Below, in pieces: positions 37,861 through 50,066 of a DNA stretch of 64,000 nt (its first letter is position 1; the number at the start of each line of letters is the position of its first letter). Below the pieces are notes generated by a model. That model was given only the letters and a program-made list of their open reading frames with translations. It did no database searches and was not told the origin of the DNA. Position numbers and translations under genes: made by a program. The DNA is from Lepidogalaxias salamandroides. Its lineage: Eukaryota. The DNA is taken from the NCBI GenBank assembly GCA_049190665.1, contig CM110852.1, one strand, 5' to 3'.

Positions 37861-38303
37861 GCGCGTCTACTGAAACTGGGGCAAGGGGTACTGGGCCTTA
37901 GGTCTATGCCAGTGCATAATAGAAATATATACATAGAAATTCAACTAAAATCAATTAATCATACAATATTTATCATGATTAATTTAATTCACGATTTAAT
38001 GCATTTCAGTTGAAGTACAGTTAGCTAGAATATCCGATGTGTACGACTAGTTTATATGGAGTGTACTGCAGACTCGGTGCTCGACACGTCGTGTCTGAAG
38101 ATTCAGCTCGACTGCTCTGGTCTATTCAAATACCGGAAGCATAACCAAAACAAACAGCAACGCCACACATGCGCCGTACGCTCAAACGTACTGCGAATGT
38201 TTTTTTCAAACAGCCTAATCTGAACATTTTACAATTAGGAAGGGCACTATTCAATCTGTGGTTGACACAAAAAAGCCTACATTTCGATCCTGAAACAATT
38301 TAA

Positions 38304-38465
<162 letters not shown>

Positions 38466-38549
38466 TGAAGTATTCCATAGTGAATGTAAACTAAAATACA
38501 AGTCAGAAGTGTAGAATATCGCATACAGAAATGGCATGTCTTCCCACAG

Positions 38550-38600
38550 ATGTAGCAACAAGAGCAGGTCTTCCACCTCCCTTCAAAAAGTTTGGATATG
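38550..38600 (+). CDS. c2orf76: C2orf76-like exon 2 (DVATRAGLPPPFKKFGY)
   Basis: The acceptor is ttcccacag and the donor is GTAAGT. The peptide matches human DIPLRTNLPPPFRNYKY. Confidence 0.7.
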
Positions 38601-39166
38601 GTAAGTTTATCTGCTGTTATAACAGGCAATTTTGATATTAGAAGTTAAAGTTAACTTCAGGAAATGTATTCATTATTCACAAGTTTAAAAGAACAATCAA
38701 GAAACCAAACAAAAGAAACACCAGTAGTTAGGAAAAGCAATGGACCATTCTCACAGATGGTCAATAGCAGGTAAAGTAACTCCCTGTCCCTGTGATTCTA
38801 ACATGAGCTGGGTTTGATTCACATGTCTGGTCAATGTATATTTACTTGACTACTTGTGTCTATACTGGTGCACTACCATACCTAAATTGTCGTAGGGCAA
38901 ACACAGTTGTTGCTCATAACACTAATGATGGTCTGATGTACCAGGGCGTGGGTAGTGAAGGTAAGTCTGCTACCCGTGCATCTATTAAGTATCATATTCA
39001 ATTATTGGACATTCAATTTTAGATGCACAAAAGTTCTTTCTTTCGGCTTACAATACATAAAACATGATATATAATTGAAACGCCAAACAGAACAGGACAC
39101 ATTGCATGTGTTTTATATGTTCTAACCATAACACATGTACTCTTGGTTCCTTTCTTGTATTTCTAG

Positions 39167-39204
39167 ACACGATGAAGATAATTCACCAAGCGCATGGATC
39201 CAAG
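39167..39204 (+). CDS. c2orf76: C2orf76-like exon 3 (DTMKIIHQAHGSK)
   Basis: The acceptor is tttctag and the donor is GTACCA. The peptide matches human DALKIIHQAHKSK. Confidence 0.65.
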
Positions 39205-39625
39205 GTACCAGGGGTCTACAGGAGAGGGTGTTTTAGGAGCCAGTAGAGGGGTACAGAGGGGCCAAATAAATCATTACTTTTGTAATTGATTTGAAAAAAA
39301 AAAAAAAAGTTATACAAGACTTCATTGATCCCTACGGGGAAATTCAGGGTTCAATTTGCTTAACACAGATCTTATGAAAGTTATAATTAATTAATTGTAC
39401 TAATTGTAAGATTCTGCTCTATTTCATACAGTATGATTCTGCTAACCAGCTCTGTGACGCACCACAGTCTTAATGCTATTGAGTAGACAGACCGCACTTG
39501 CCTTACTCTTGTTTAGGGACACATGCTGGCCTTGCCCTTTTCAGATGTGTTTCATGCTTTAGAGACCCAGCCATGCGAAAGAAACAAAGAACAAAACAAA
39601 GTCTAAAGAGAGATTCCCCTTTCAG

Positions 39626-39707
39626 ACGAACGAGTTGGTGATGAGTTTAGAGGATGATGACACACTCATCCTGCGGCCGGGACTTACTCTTGCAGCTGCT
39701 GGAGTAG
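39626..39707 (+). CDS. c2orf76: C2orf76-like exon 4 (TNELVMSLEDDDTLILRPGLTLAAAGV)
   Basis: The acceptor is cctttcag and the donor is GTGAGG. The peptide matches human [28 protein letters not shown]. Confidence 0.75.
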
Positions 39708-39794
39708 GTGAGGACACGTCCATACCACCACGTTATCACTGTTTATTACCACTTCGTCATTTACTACTATTTGCTAATGTATTACTATTTACTG

Positions 39795-39965
39795 CTATTT
39801 AGTAATTTACTACAATTTATTCATTTAGCAGACACTGTTATCCAAAGCAATTTACAGTGAATTTTAGATTACATGTAATTAAGGAGCAGGTAAGGATTAG
39901 GGCATCTTGCTTGGGATTCAATCCCTGAACCTCTTGGCTGGGGGAGTCAAACACCCTACCCACTA
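39795..39965 (-). mobile_element. tRNA-derived SINE with SmaI/HpaI-like tail (catttagcagacactgttatccaaagcaatttacag) in C2orf76-like intron 4
   Basis: The conserved tail motif is RC on the plus strand. The tRNA-like head RC is ..ctcttggctgggggagtcaaacaccctacc. Confidence 0.55.
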
Positions 39966-40164
39966 GTCTGTCCTGTCCCTTTTGCTGTATGTTTAAAATA
40001 TTGCCTGAATGGATTTTTTCACATTTGAACATTTTCATACCTTTTCTCTCACGGCTCAGATGTTTCGAGAGGGAACAAAACATTCCCACAGATATTTTTT
40101 ATATACACATATATTTGCCATTGTACCTGATGATTCCAGTTGATAACGTTGTTTTGTTGTTACA

Positions 40165-40241
40165 GCTAATGAAACAGAGATGGCTTTCTTCAGCGGAAAA
40201 GACTACGGTCTTTATAAAGCTAATCCTCAGACTGTGTGGTG
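40165..40241 (+). CDS. c2orf76: C2orf76-like exon 5 (ANETEMAFFSGKDYGLYKANPQTVW*)
   Basis: The acceptor is tgttacag. The peptide matches human [20 protein letters not shown].. and ends in TGA. AATAAA lies at about 40391. The five exons total 125 aa. Confidence 0.75.
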
Positions 40242-42688
40242 ACGACAGCACAACATACCACGCAGAACAGCGCAATAAATGGAACAACATGCTACACAGA
40301 CTGATGCTTCACAGGCTTAATCAGGATAAACCTTCAAATAGAGACCAGGAATGTTTTGAAGATGTGGCTATAGTTTATTTGTGATGTTTTAAATAAAGGT
40401 TGACCTGTGTTGAACATTAATTTGAACGCTTTCATCAACAGGAAATGCAGCAGGTGCCACTTAAATATCACAGCTTTTCAATAAGTAGCCTACTATGATT
40501 ACTGCAGTATTTGTTTTTGTATTACAATTTCATATTCATTTGTTATGTTGAAATGGTCTAATACTGATGAATAAAAAAGATGACCAAGAATCTGTTTCAG
40601 TAACTGAGTAGGTTTTTGCCCCAACTAAAAATAAGAGGAACATTCAAAATGATCTTAACAATCCCCAAGAAATCATGAAATAAGGAGTCGGGCTACATAT
40701 ATGATATAAAAACGTGATATTTCAGTGATGCATGAAGTTTGATTTTCCACAGCAAGAGACACGGTGCAGCTATTTGGAGAAACATGTTTGTACAACAGAC
40801 TGAAACTGAACTGAAAATTAGTTTGTCTCGAAACCGTTGCTGCTGTTTGTCTAATGGTGCTAAAGGCGACCTGAAACATTTGCATGTGTAAACAACATAT
40901 CGGACAAAACGGAGGACAAATGTGATCATTCAGGAAATGATTGGCAGCAGTGGGAGTGCCATGAGACCGCAGCAGGGCTGTGATGGGTTGTGGGATGTGC
41001 CTGGCCACTTGAACATGTTGCAATCACAAAAACCTGTTTAAGAAGTTAAGGTGTTTAACGTACATTTTTTTTTGGCATGGTTTGTTGAGTAGGTGCACCG
41101 TAAAAGTATAATAGAGGTAAAACAAATGTGATGTGTTGTGTTAAACATCCGCCTGTGTATCTATCAGGTCCTGTCCATGAGGACCTGATAGAGAACACGG
41201 AGAACCCAGCGTGGTCCTGATGGTGGTGTAGCTTGTCATCAAGGAGCATCCAGACCATGCAGTAAATGGTAAAAGATGCTTCACCACTGGTGGTTCCATT
41301 AGTCCCCCTCATCACTCACCACAGCAGGAGGCTGTCACGTCATGTGACTCGTGATAAACCACTTCCTTGAAAAATGGCAAAAAAAATATTTTTTTTAATC
41401 CCCCGTTGTGACAGTAACTTCTAACTGCCACCTCTGTATCAAGAACTAAAGTCTCGAAGATGGCTTTTAAGTACACAAGTACATTCAATCGTTCAGTCAT
41501 CCATCATTTTTTTGCCACCAACATCACATTAGGGATTTCCAATATCTAAGAGATTGTTTTGTCTAGAGATCATGTATGTTGCATACACATTTCAGACCTG
41601 GCTGAAATGGAAATCACCTATCCAACAAAGTATGGTACATACCTTTGCGTAAAATCTATTATTAATTTTACATCCAAAAGGTAATATCTCAAGTATTTAT
41701 CAACATTTCACCTCATAATATTAACATGTTTCCCGCTCCCTGTCATATAAAACCTGCAACGGGCTTTGTTACTGTTGCACTATTCAATCAAACCTGAAGG
41801 ATCAAATACCATTCAACATAGGTGTTACCCCGTGGCAATTAGGTTTATTTGGAACAGTGTTATAACACAGAAGTAAGTAACTTCAATGCAGAATACAATA
41901 ACTTGGCCATGTTTGTAGTCCCTTATGTCACAAGATATCCCTGTATTCTTCTGTAATTCAACTACAAATACGATACGATGGCTCACAATTATTTTAATAG
42001 ATCAAAGGCACCACCAATGAACACAGGTTGTTAAATGATTGTGATATTGTAGTAGATCTCCCTGCTACATGCCACCGAAGTGGCTTTCCTGGGCTCCTCT
42101 GATGACTAGGTTTATGTTGGAAACCAGTTTATTGCGAGTGTGAACAACGGTTTGTAGGGAGAGCAGGTTGTATCCTCCTCCTCCTGAGTGTGTGTGGTGA
42201 TGCTGGTTTAACCTGTGGGCCTTGATTACTGGATGCACCACAGGTGTGCAGCCTCACTCAGCCCCAGAGTCTAATCAGCCTGACTCAGGCCTCAGGTGAG
42301 GCTGCTTAAACCAGCCACCAACCACACACACCCCACAGATATATTTAACCATATCAAAATATCAAGTCCACACCTCTGGACTACACAATAGAAGCTTCTG
42401 GGAAGCTCTCAGACAGAGGCTGTTAATATTGTCATTATTATTAAATGTATTTCTCAAAAAGTTGACTATAGTTTACCAAGTAAAATATATAAAAAGTAGT
42501 TTACAGAATAAAAAATAGTCTTAGTATATAGTGTTAGTATAGATTAGTTGTACATTTCAGTCAGCAGTTTTACCGTCAGTTAAAACAATTAAAATAAGGC
42601 AAATCTATGTTTACCAATGACCATCATCAAGGCTGAATCAATCAACAGTCCTTTGGCATAATTTAAATTTGCATCACTTCCTGGTTTC

Positions 42689-42973
42689 TCAGCTGTCCGC
42701 CACAACCCCATTGGTTATCCCTGCTTCCTGGTCTTTGGGTGGGGGGTGGGGCCTCTTGCTCTCCCAGCCTCGGCGGATCTTTGCCAGCCTGGATGCGAGG
42801 CAGGGCAGGGCCAGGAGCAGTCTGCCCACCAGGACCACGCACGGCAGCACCAGGGCCAGGAGGAACAGCGGGGGGAGGTAGTAGGAGTAGGAGCCAGGGG
42901 AGAAGGCCATGTCCCAGCCGAAGAAGAGTGTGTGCATCACGACCAGTGTCAGTGCCGTATAGCCCAGGCCCGA
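42689..42973 (-). CDS. steap3: steap3 last coding exon (SGLGYTALTLVVMHTLFFGWDMAF..LPCLASRLAKIRRGWE..*)
   Basis: ORF 42689..42979 (minus) matches human STEAP3 [40 protein letters not shown]. The acceptor is gtgagtgcag after a (GT)n tract. Confidence 0.85.
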   Translation of the reverse strand, partial: SGLGYTALTLVVMHTLFFGWDMAFSPGSYSYYLPPLFLLALVLPCVVLVGRLLLALPCLASRLAKIRRGWESKRPHPPPKDQEAGITNGVVADS

Positions 42974-43305
42974 CTGCACTCACACACACACACACACACA
43001 CACACACCACTGTTTGTTGATTTACACGTACTCGCTTTTGTGAACTTGTGTCATTACCTGCTCATTTAAATGAAGTAGCTCTATATAGAATAAACATACG
43101 AGGGAATGTTGAAGTCTAAGTCCAAGCTGGAAAAATGCCCACCACTGTGAAAATTGATTAAAATGACAAATGTTCCCAAATCACATTGTATTGTTAACGT
43201 TGGCCTCTGTCATGTGTTTTGCTAACGTTAACACAGGTTTTACAATCTGTAGTCACATATTGTATCAGTTTATATATAGTTTATATAACAAGGCTTTATT
43301 CTGAC

Positions 43306-43470
43306 CTGGACGAATGTGAACTCCCTCCAGTTTAAGGCATTTCCCACCGAGGGAAGAGAGGTAATGGCCAACACAGAGAGAACTCCAAATCCCAGAATTC
43401 CACAGGACAAGCAGAGGTCTGACCTCCATACGTTCTGCTCCACCCAGGAGTTGGGAATCTCTGCCTTCAC
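43306..43470 (-). CDS. steap3: steap3 exon ([41 protein letters not shown]), 165 nt
   Basis: The peptide matches human [41 protein letters not shown]. The acceptor is ctctag and the donor is GTCAGA. Confidence 0.85.
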
Positions 43471-44435
43471 CTAGAGTGATAGAACCAGAAACCCACCAGG
43501 CAACCATGAAAGGGAAATCAAGCAAACAAACAAGGGAGGTACAAAAGGTTAACGTACATACAAAAGTATCGTAAGAATCATAGTGATTTTCAGCTAATAT
43601 TGATGCCTGCAAGGACATTGGGCCTCATGCAAGAACATTTGCATATTTTTCTCTTAATTTGATCGTACTTTTGTGTGTACGCACAACTCGTACGAGGGTG
43701 CCACGTCAAATTCAGTAAACGCACGTAAGTACAGGAAATTGTCCTAAATGATGTGTAAACATGATGCATCCCACCTGTGTGTAAATGAGTGCGCGCGTTC
43801 ATTAAAATCTGAATTAGCATAATTCATGCCTCAAAAACGCCTTAAAAGGAGGCGTTCTGCCCCATTTCTGCAGAAGCACCATTCATTAAAAAGGCATCTG
43901 GCCAAGAAAATCCTCCTTTCGCAAATCACGAAAACACATAATATTGAACAGCGTCAGTAGTGGCTACACTCTAGATCAGCTGCTAAGGGAAAGAAAGAAC
44001 AAATGCTGTCAATGCGGTGTCCGCTGGAGGCTGCAGTAAAAGGGTTTCTTCTAAAATACATTTCAAAAGACGGCTTGGCAAGGCACAGCGATCCATGTGT
44101 CCATGTAGTTTGAGTTGTTAATATTACTACTGCAAACCATACATATTCATCATGTCATGTTTAATAATATTAAAGTTATTCTGAAGAATAGGCTATAGGC
44201 AGGACACTTTGGACAAGTGCACATAGCGCAGCGCGCTAATCCCAGTAATCTAGATATTCTAGTGCCTCTGCAACAAAAGTAGGACTTGATTATGATTATT
44301 GTTGTATAATGGTTATAGCCTAATACAATTATATTAAACTCACTGTAAAATCCGACTGTGAAACAGTAGGATATAATTTAAAGGTTTTTTTTTAAGGTAA
44401 TCATGAGTGAATGAGCCATCAATCACTGATGATGA

Positions 44436-44504
<69 letters not shown>

Positions 44505-44521
44505 CACACACACACACACAC

Positions 44522-44721
44522 CTGTGTATAGGCTGCGTTGAGAAGGCTGTACTGGGCAGCCCTCCGTATAGAGAGACACATACTGTAGATGGCATGCAGC
44601 CCCGCACACAGGAAGCTCAGCAGGCCCAGCTGCTTGCGGCTGCCCAGCCAGCGGTCTAGCCGGCTGGGGAACCTCCTGTACTTGGTTCCCCTGCACAGCT
44701 GAAGGCCTGCAGCCAGTAACC
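44522..44721 (-). CDS. steap3: steap3 exon ([40 protein letters not shown])
   Basis: The peptide matches human [37 protein letters not shown]..LAVKQ. The acceptor is ctggtcctcag. The donor is GTGTGT, leading into a (GT)n(TA)n tract. Confidence 0.8.
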
Positions 44722-44985
44722 CTGAGGACCAGAGTGTCAAGGGTCATTTCACTTGATTGACTGATGTTACAGAAGGGATCCCTGAACTAAAGTCCTTCAT
44801 CAGAAACACTAGTGTCTTCCGAGGTTAGAAGCAAATCAAGACTATAAAGAACTCATGTTTTATGTTTTATATATATGCAGGTGTTAATTGATGACAGCAA
44901 TGCATCATGGGAATTAACACCTGTAAAGCCCCCCCTCCCCCAATAATACAAAATTATACAGCAAGGGACAGCAGTTGGGGTCTAC

Positions 44986-45313
44986 CTGGCAGGTAGACCA
45001 GCGCCAGGGTCACCATGGCGACGGCAGGCAGCGTCTGGTTGACGGTCTGCAGGGGCAGCTGGTAAAAGTTGCCCTGGCCGTGCGCCAGGTACGGGAAGAG
45101 CACGTGCTTCAGGAAGCCGTAGCCGTACAGGAAGAGGAAGAGGACGAGGGTGGTGAGGACGGGCCCCTGCCAGGAGGGGAAGGCGCGTAGGGGAGCCTCC
45201 TCGATGGCGCCTGAGGCCCCCAGGCACCCCAGGTCCATGGGGCTGAAGCCCATGCGGTGGGCCAGCTGCACCACCGCTGCTTTGGAGTCAGGGCAGTCAC
45301 CGCAGATCAGCAC
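44986..45313 (-). CDS. steap3: steap3 exon (VLICGDCPDSKAAVVQLAHRMGFSPMDLG..LALVYLP.)
   Basis: The peptide matches human [37 protein letters not shown]. The acceptor is a poly-C tract plus AG (RC of 45314-45335) and the donor is GTAGAC. Confidence 0.8.
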
Positions 45314-45446
45314 CTGGGGGGGGGGGGGGGGGAGAGGATAGAGGGTCATTGAGTTTCTCAGGAAATGGTAAGGAGGTGTACGGAGGTGTGATGTCATGGC
45401 GGCGTGGAGTGGACCATGTTTTGAGGGGTGGGTGGGGGTGGGTATG

Positions 45447-46080
45447 GTGGCCCTGAGGGTCAAAACACTACAACATTTCACAAAACACGACGACAAGTAA
45501 TTTGGACCCATAGAATAGTACGTGCATCTGTAAACCTACGACGTGTCCGCGACATGATTCTGCGTGGGTTCAGTTCACGAAGCATTCGCATTACCGTCTC
45601 CCTTTTAACACAGAGGCCATGTTTCTGCTTTAAAGTCAAGTCAACCACATGGTTCTGTATCCAACAGCTCTGATAAGATGGCCCTTCTGATGTCACTTGT
45701 TGAAGAGTAGCCGCCCCGTCTCATCAGTCCTAATTCTTTCAAGCGTGATTTCAGGGTTGACCGGGACATTTTAATGTCATATGGCATATCCAGAATGACA
45801 TCATATGAATGTCCTTTCTTAAAATATTCCTGTATGAGTTCAATCTCCTCTTCCATACTTGCAAACTCAATTCAAATTTTGTGCAAGGACACTGCTGAGC
45901 GTAGTAGCAACAGAAACAGGAAATGACGTTGAGGGGCTTGGGTTCTGTCCAATCACAAACAAGAAGTGTTGTCCTACTCTTTCCCTAATCTGAAATGTTG
46001 TTGTGTTCTCTGACATGTCGTCATGTTTTGTGAAATGTCGTGTTTTGTGAAATGTTGTAGTGTTTTGACCCTCAGGGCCA
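45447..46080. mobile_element. Nonautonomous DNA transposon remnant with perfect about 40-bp TIRs in steap3 intron
   Basis: The TIR ggccctgagggtcaaaacactacaacatttcacaaaacacgac (45447-45490) has its exact RC at 46040-46082. Subterminal gttttgtgaaatgt repeats are present. The internal minus ORF 45641..45856 is MEEEIELIQEYFKKGHSYDVILDMPYDIKMSRSTLKSRLKELGL (HTH-like). It is flanked by direct repeats G(9-17)..ATA[GA]AGGGTCATT[GC]AG at about 45317-45350 and 46088-46112. Confidence 0.5.
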
Positions 46081-46939
46081 CCGTAGGGGGGGGGGGATAA
46101 AGGGTCATTCAGCGTCTAAGAGCGTGCACAGCAGGATTGGACCGTGTTTTGCTGGCAAGTTCAAGGCTTGAGTCTATCAGACTATGGCACACAGCCAACC
46201 CTGAACCTAAATAAGTCTAAATAAATCCTAGTAACCTCAATCAAGATGCAACACACCATCATCAACCTATCTGTTATATTATCTTATCCATTTTATACTT
46301 CATTTTAATATGTCCTCAATTATATACTTTTAAATGTTAAAGGTGCTGTAGGTAAGATTTAAGAGCTATTATTTGACTGTAATTTCTTAGAAATGGCAGT
46401 CAGCTATTAGTGAGTGAAATGCTCTGTGAGAATATACTGTTTCAAGTTGACTGTGCCTGCCTCTGTATGAGATTTAGATTTCAGGCTGCGCCCGGATCAT
46501 TTCTGACCAATCAGGGCATCTCTTCCCTGATCGGGGAATCCTTGCCTGTCAATCACAGGTGCGTGAAATGCAACACTTCTCAATGGCGGAGAAATGTACG
46601 GAGGGAGGGAGCAGAGAGGGAGGGGACGTTTTTTGGGTTTAGTTTTCAAAATCTTGCCCTCTTCATTGCAGTTTGCCTTTGCATAACAAAGGCACCCTAT
46701 TGTTATTCACCATACTTATTATTAGGGTGCCTGCTATGCAAGGAAGAGTCTACTAGTCTTGCAGCGTTTGCCAGCACACACGAAAAAAATACATCAAAAC
46801 GTGCGCCTTGATCGGGATCGGTGCGCTATTACTTTTCTTAGCGATCGCACGTCAGGTTTTCGCACGAAGTGTGAAAACGTGCCTTTTTTTGGCCCATTCA
46901 AATGAATGGGAAATTGTAAAAAACCTCGCAAAAAGTGAT

Positions 46940-47345
46940 CGACCCCTCGCCTCTGGGCGATTTATTCAAAAACCGTGAGGCGTATTTCAATGGGAGTACC
47001 ATTGGATGAGAGAGGACAACATTTCCTACGTTTTGGTGTATAAATTGTGCCCGTAGAGTGGAAGGTGTGGGCGTAAGATGAAACTGTTTGGAAGATTTTG
47101 TTTCATTTTGGTAACATTTCACACTGCTCACCCTCTAGCTCTGAACATTCCGCTCCATAGACTCCCATGTTAAGTGACATCTGACGCTGAACAATAGACG
47201 GTTTCTTCCAAACAGTATCGTCTTACTGCCACACCTTCCACTCTACTGGCACAATGTATACACCAACATGTAGGAATGCTTGTCCTCTCTCATCCAATGT
47301 TACTCCCATTTAAATACGAGTCACGGTTTTTGAATAAATGAGTGC
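46940..47345. repeat. Large foldback: about 130-bp inverted repeat arms separated by about 150 bp
   Basis: 46940-47070 (cctcgcctctgggcgatttattcaaaaaccgtgaggcg..gtggaaggtgtgg) is RC of 47215-47345. The nearby motif ccatagactcccatgttaagtgaca.ctgacgctg recurs at about 47155, 47365 and 47700. Confidence 0.7.
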
Positions 47346-47519
47346 TGCCTAACAGTCCCATAGACTCCCATGTTAAGTGACAGCTAGAAGCTTCTAGATG
47401 TGGCTACGGCTGTGACATCTGACGCTGCCCATATATGGGTAGCGTCCTGCCGCACACAGAGAGAGACAACGAGGGGACTTCTCATGACCGTGACTCATCG
47501 ACAGTTTGTCCAATCGAAA

Positions 47520-47900
47520 AAATTCCAACATATATATATGTATTATATATATATATGTATTATATATATGTATATATATATATATATATATATTATATTA
47601 TATAATAATAATATAATATAATAATATAGATATATATATTATATATATCTATATTATTTATATCTATAATATATATCTATATCTATATATATAGGTAGTC
47701 CGCTCCTGTTAAGTGACAGCTAACGAGTTCTCGGAAGGTTCTCGAAAAGGGGCGTGGCTATGCACATCTGACGCTGTGTGAAGAGAAACACAGACACCAT
47801 TACAACTCTAAACGGGAGCGGACTACCTATATATATTATTTATATATATATCTATATTATTTATATAGATATATATATATAAAATATATAGGCCTATGTA
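47520..47900. repeat. (TA)n-rich compound microsatellite
   Basis: Visible dinucleotide runs interrupted by a unique about 120-bp segment. Confidence 0.9.
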
Positions 47901-48267
47901 TTTTTTGATGTTGTGTTTATGCTGTGTGTGTGCTTTGTGTATGTAATTCTTGATTTAAGATCAAGGCAAAATGCAGATGATGTGTGTAGGGTTTTGCTCT
48001 TAGAAGCCTCGGGGTGGGTAGAGGGCGTTGCTACGGCAGGCACCCTCAAAATTTCCCTGGAATTTTTTCTAGTTTTATTTTATTGTTGTTATAACTATTT
48101 TCTTTTTGATCTTGTCTTGCTATTTTAATTCTTGTATTTTCACATGTTCGAAATAAAGCTTTCATTCATTCATTCAAATATAATTAAATCATAATGATAA
48201 AGATTTCACAACGCATTGAATGGTCTTAGAGTAGTGTGTGGCCCCCAGTGGGCTGTGGGGCCCTTAC

Positions 48268-48774
48268 CTGCCTGCTGCCATCATGGGCCCCAGTCTGAAG
48301 GGCCCAGGCGGAGACCACGTTGAAGCCCTTCACCACGTGGCTCTGGGGGAACATCCGGGCCAGCCTCTGGGCATTGGATCCCTCCGCCCCACGGCCCAAC
48401 CTGTCGCTGTTGCTCACATCCACCAGTACCTTCCCGGCCAGGGCCTCCCTCAAGCCCACCAGGCTGTGGTAGTGTTCGGGGAACAGAGCGGCGAAGACCA
48501 CCTTCTCTGCGCCCAGCGCTGCCTCCCTCTGCGACACCAGCTTCGCCCCCTGGGGGAAGAGGCCCCTCGGGAGGCGGGACGGGTCCCGGCTGCCAACCAG
48601 AGCCCGGTGACCGGATGCCAGCAGCCTGACCGAGAGAGAGCGGGAGAAGTCCCCCGAGCCCAGGATGCCCACCGAGGGATGGCCCCTGGCCTGCTCCTCG
48701 CTGTCGAGGACCTCCACCTCCTCCTCTGGTCTGGACTCCCAAAGCAGGGGGGCTCTCATCCCTCCCACGGACAT
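48268..48774 (-). CDS. steap3: steap3 first coding exon (NADP/F420 oxidoreductase-like domain: ..[44 protein letters not shown])
   Basis: ORF 48226..48783 (minus) matches human STEAP3 [48 protein letters not shown]. The donor is GTAAGG directly after ..SRQ. The first ATG is RC of 48772-48774. The five exons total 494 aa (human 488). Confidence 0.85.
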
Positions 48775-48879
48775 GATGGACAAACCGTCTCCAGGGAGAC
48801 AGGTGTCACGGTCTAGGTCAGTTTCCCACAGTGGGAGGCGCAGGGGTCCTGCAGGGGCTGCCGGGAGGCGGGATGGGAG

Positions 48880-49560
48880 GGATCATGTAATGCGTTGTAG
48901 TGAGGGGGAAGGACAAGTACAAACGTGTTGCACACGAGAGCTGTAAATAAACGACTGCCCGCGCACCGACGTGCCAAACTTTATAGTCGCCGTGCGTAAA
49001 GTGCGCGAGCCGGCGTGAACCAAACATGACGTCATCACAGCCCTCGCGCACCTGACGTCTATAGAAAACAAATGAAGAATAATTAAATCAAACTCTCCAT
49101 AGAACCCTACTGGATTGTACACACTGTAATAAACCGGAAACTGTCAAACATGTACTGATAGATTGCAATAGGTATGGGGAAGAAAGAAGGGAATTAGTAT
49201 CAGAATTAAAGGAAGGCCAATAAACCCGAAGAAGAAGAAGAAGAAATGAAGAATAAACGCTCAGCTCTACACGTTGAAGAGACAGCTGATGGAAACTTTC
49301 TCAAGCCCACCAAGGAACTTTACCTTAGATTGGTGGAAAAAAACCATAGCGTTGTAGCACGAGTCTAATAAAACTTAAATCGCAAAAACAATACCGTACT
49401 TGTCCTCTACTCCTCTTCTAAGCAGCATTTGAATCACGTAGGCCTACCTTATGCGTTGTTAAAAATGCACACTTCTTTAAAAGTATCATGTTTTACATTC
49501 TGTGTCCATTGGGTGTGATTGAGACCACGCCCACCCGCACCAGCTGGACTCCTGAGATAA
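48880..49560. repeat. Copy 1 of a duplicated about 0.7-kb flank (contains palindromic CRE-like TGACGTCA); paralogous to 56250-56890
   Basis: Long blocks of identity with 56250-56890 are interrupted by indels: ggacaagtacaaa..gagagctgtaaataaacgactgcccgcgcaccgacgtgccaaactttatagtcgccgtgcgtaaagtgcgcgagccggcgtgaaccaaacatgacgtcatca. Confidence 0.8.
49085..49256 (+). mobile_element. Extreme 3'-terminal LINE fragment (ORF2 C-terminal CCHC-like motif plus (GAA)n tail) with 13-bp TSD AAATGAAGAATAA
   Basis: It translates to CNKPETVKHVLIDCNRYGEERRELVSELKEGQ*, followed by (GAA)6. Direct repeats lie at 49072-49084 and 49244-49256. It is absent from the paralogous flank copy at about 56480. Confidence 0.55.
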
Positions 49561-50066
49561 CAGTCCTCTCCTCCCAGTTAGACCTGAACCTTATAAAACA
49601 CAGTCCTCTCCTCCCAGTTAGACCTGAACCTTATAAAACACAGTCCTCTGCTCCCAGTTAGACCTGAACCTTATAAAACACAGTCCTCTGCTCCCAGTTA
49701 GACCTGAACCTTATAAAACACAGTCCTCTCCTCCCAGTTAGACCTGAACCTTATAAAACACAGTCCTCTGCTCCCAGTTAGACCTGAACCTTATAAAACA
49801 CAGTCCTCTCCTCCCAGTTAGACCTGAGCCTTATAAAACACAGTCCTCTCCTCCCAGTTAGACCTGAGCCTTATAAAACACAGTCCTCTCCTCCCAGTTA
49901 GACCTGAGCCTTATAAAACACAGTCCTCTCCTCCCAGTTAGACCTGAACCTTATAAAACACAGTCCTCTGCTCCCAGTTAGACCTGAGCCTTATAAAACA
50001 CAGTCCTCTCCTCCCAGTTAGACCTGAACCTTATAAAACACAGTCCTCTCCTCCCAGTTAGACCTG
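49560..50066. repeat. 40-bp minisatellite, about 12.7 copies (cagtcctct[c/g]ctcccagttagacctga[a/g]ccttataaaaca)
   Basis: Tandem units with two polymorphic positions. Three more units lie at 56890-57015 after the second flank copy. Confidence 0.95.

Noticed and set aside
48238-48816. 192-aa plus-strand ORF and 153-aa minus-strand ORF overlapping steap3 exon 1
   Set aside because: They are alternative-frame and antisense read-throughs of a GC-rich coding exon. The conserved STEAP frame is ORF 48226..48783 on the minus strand.
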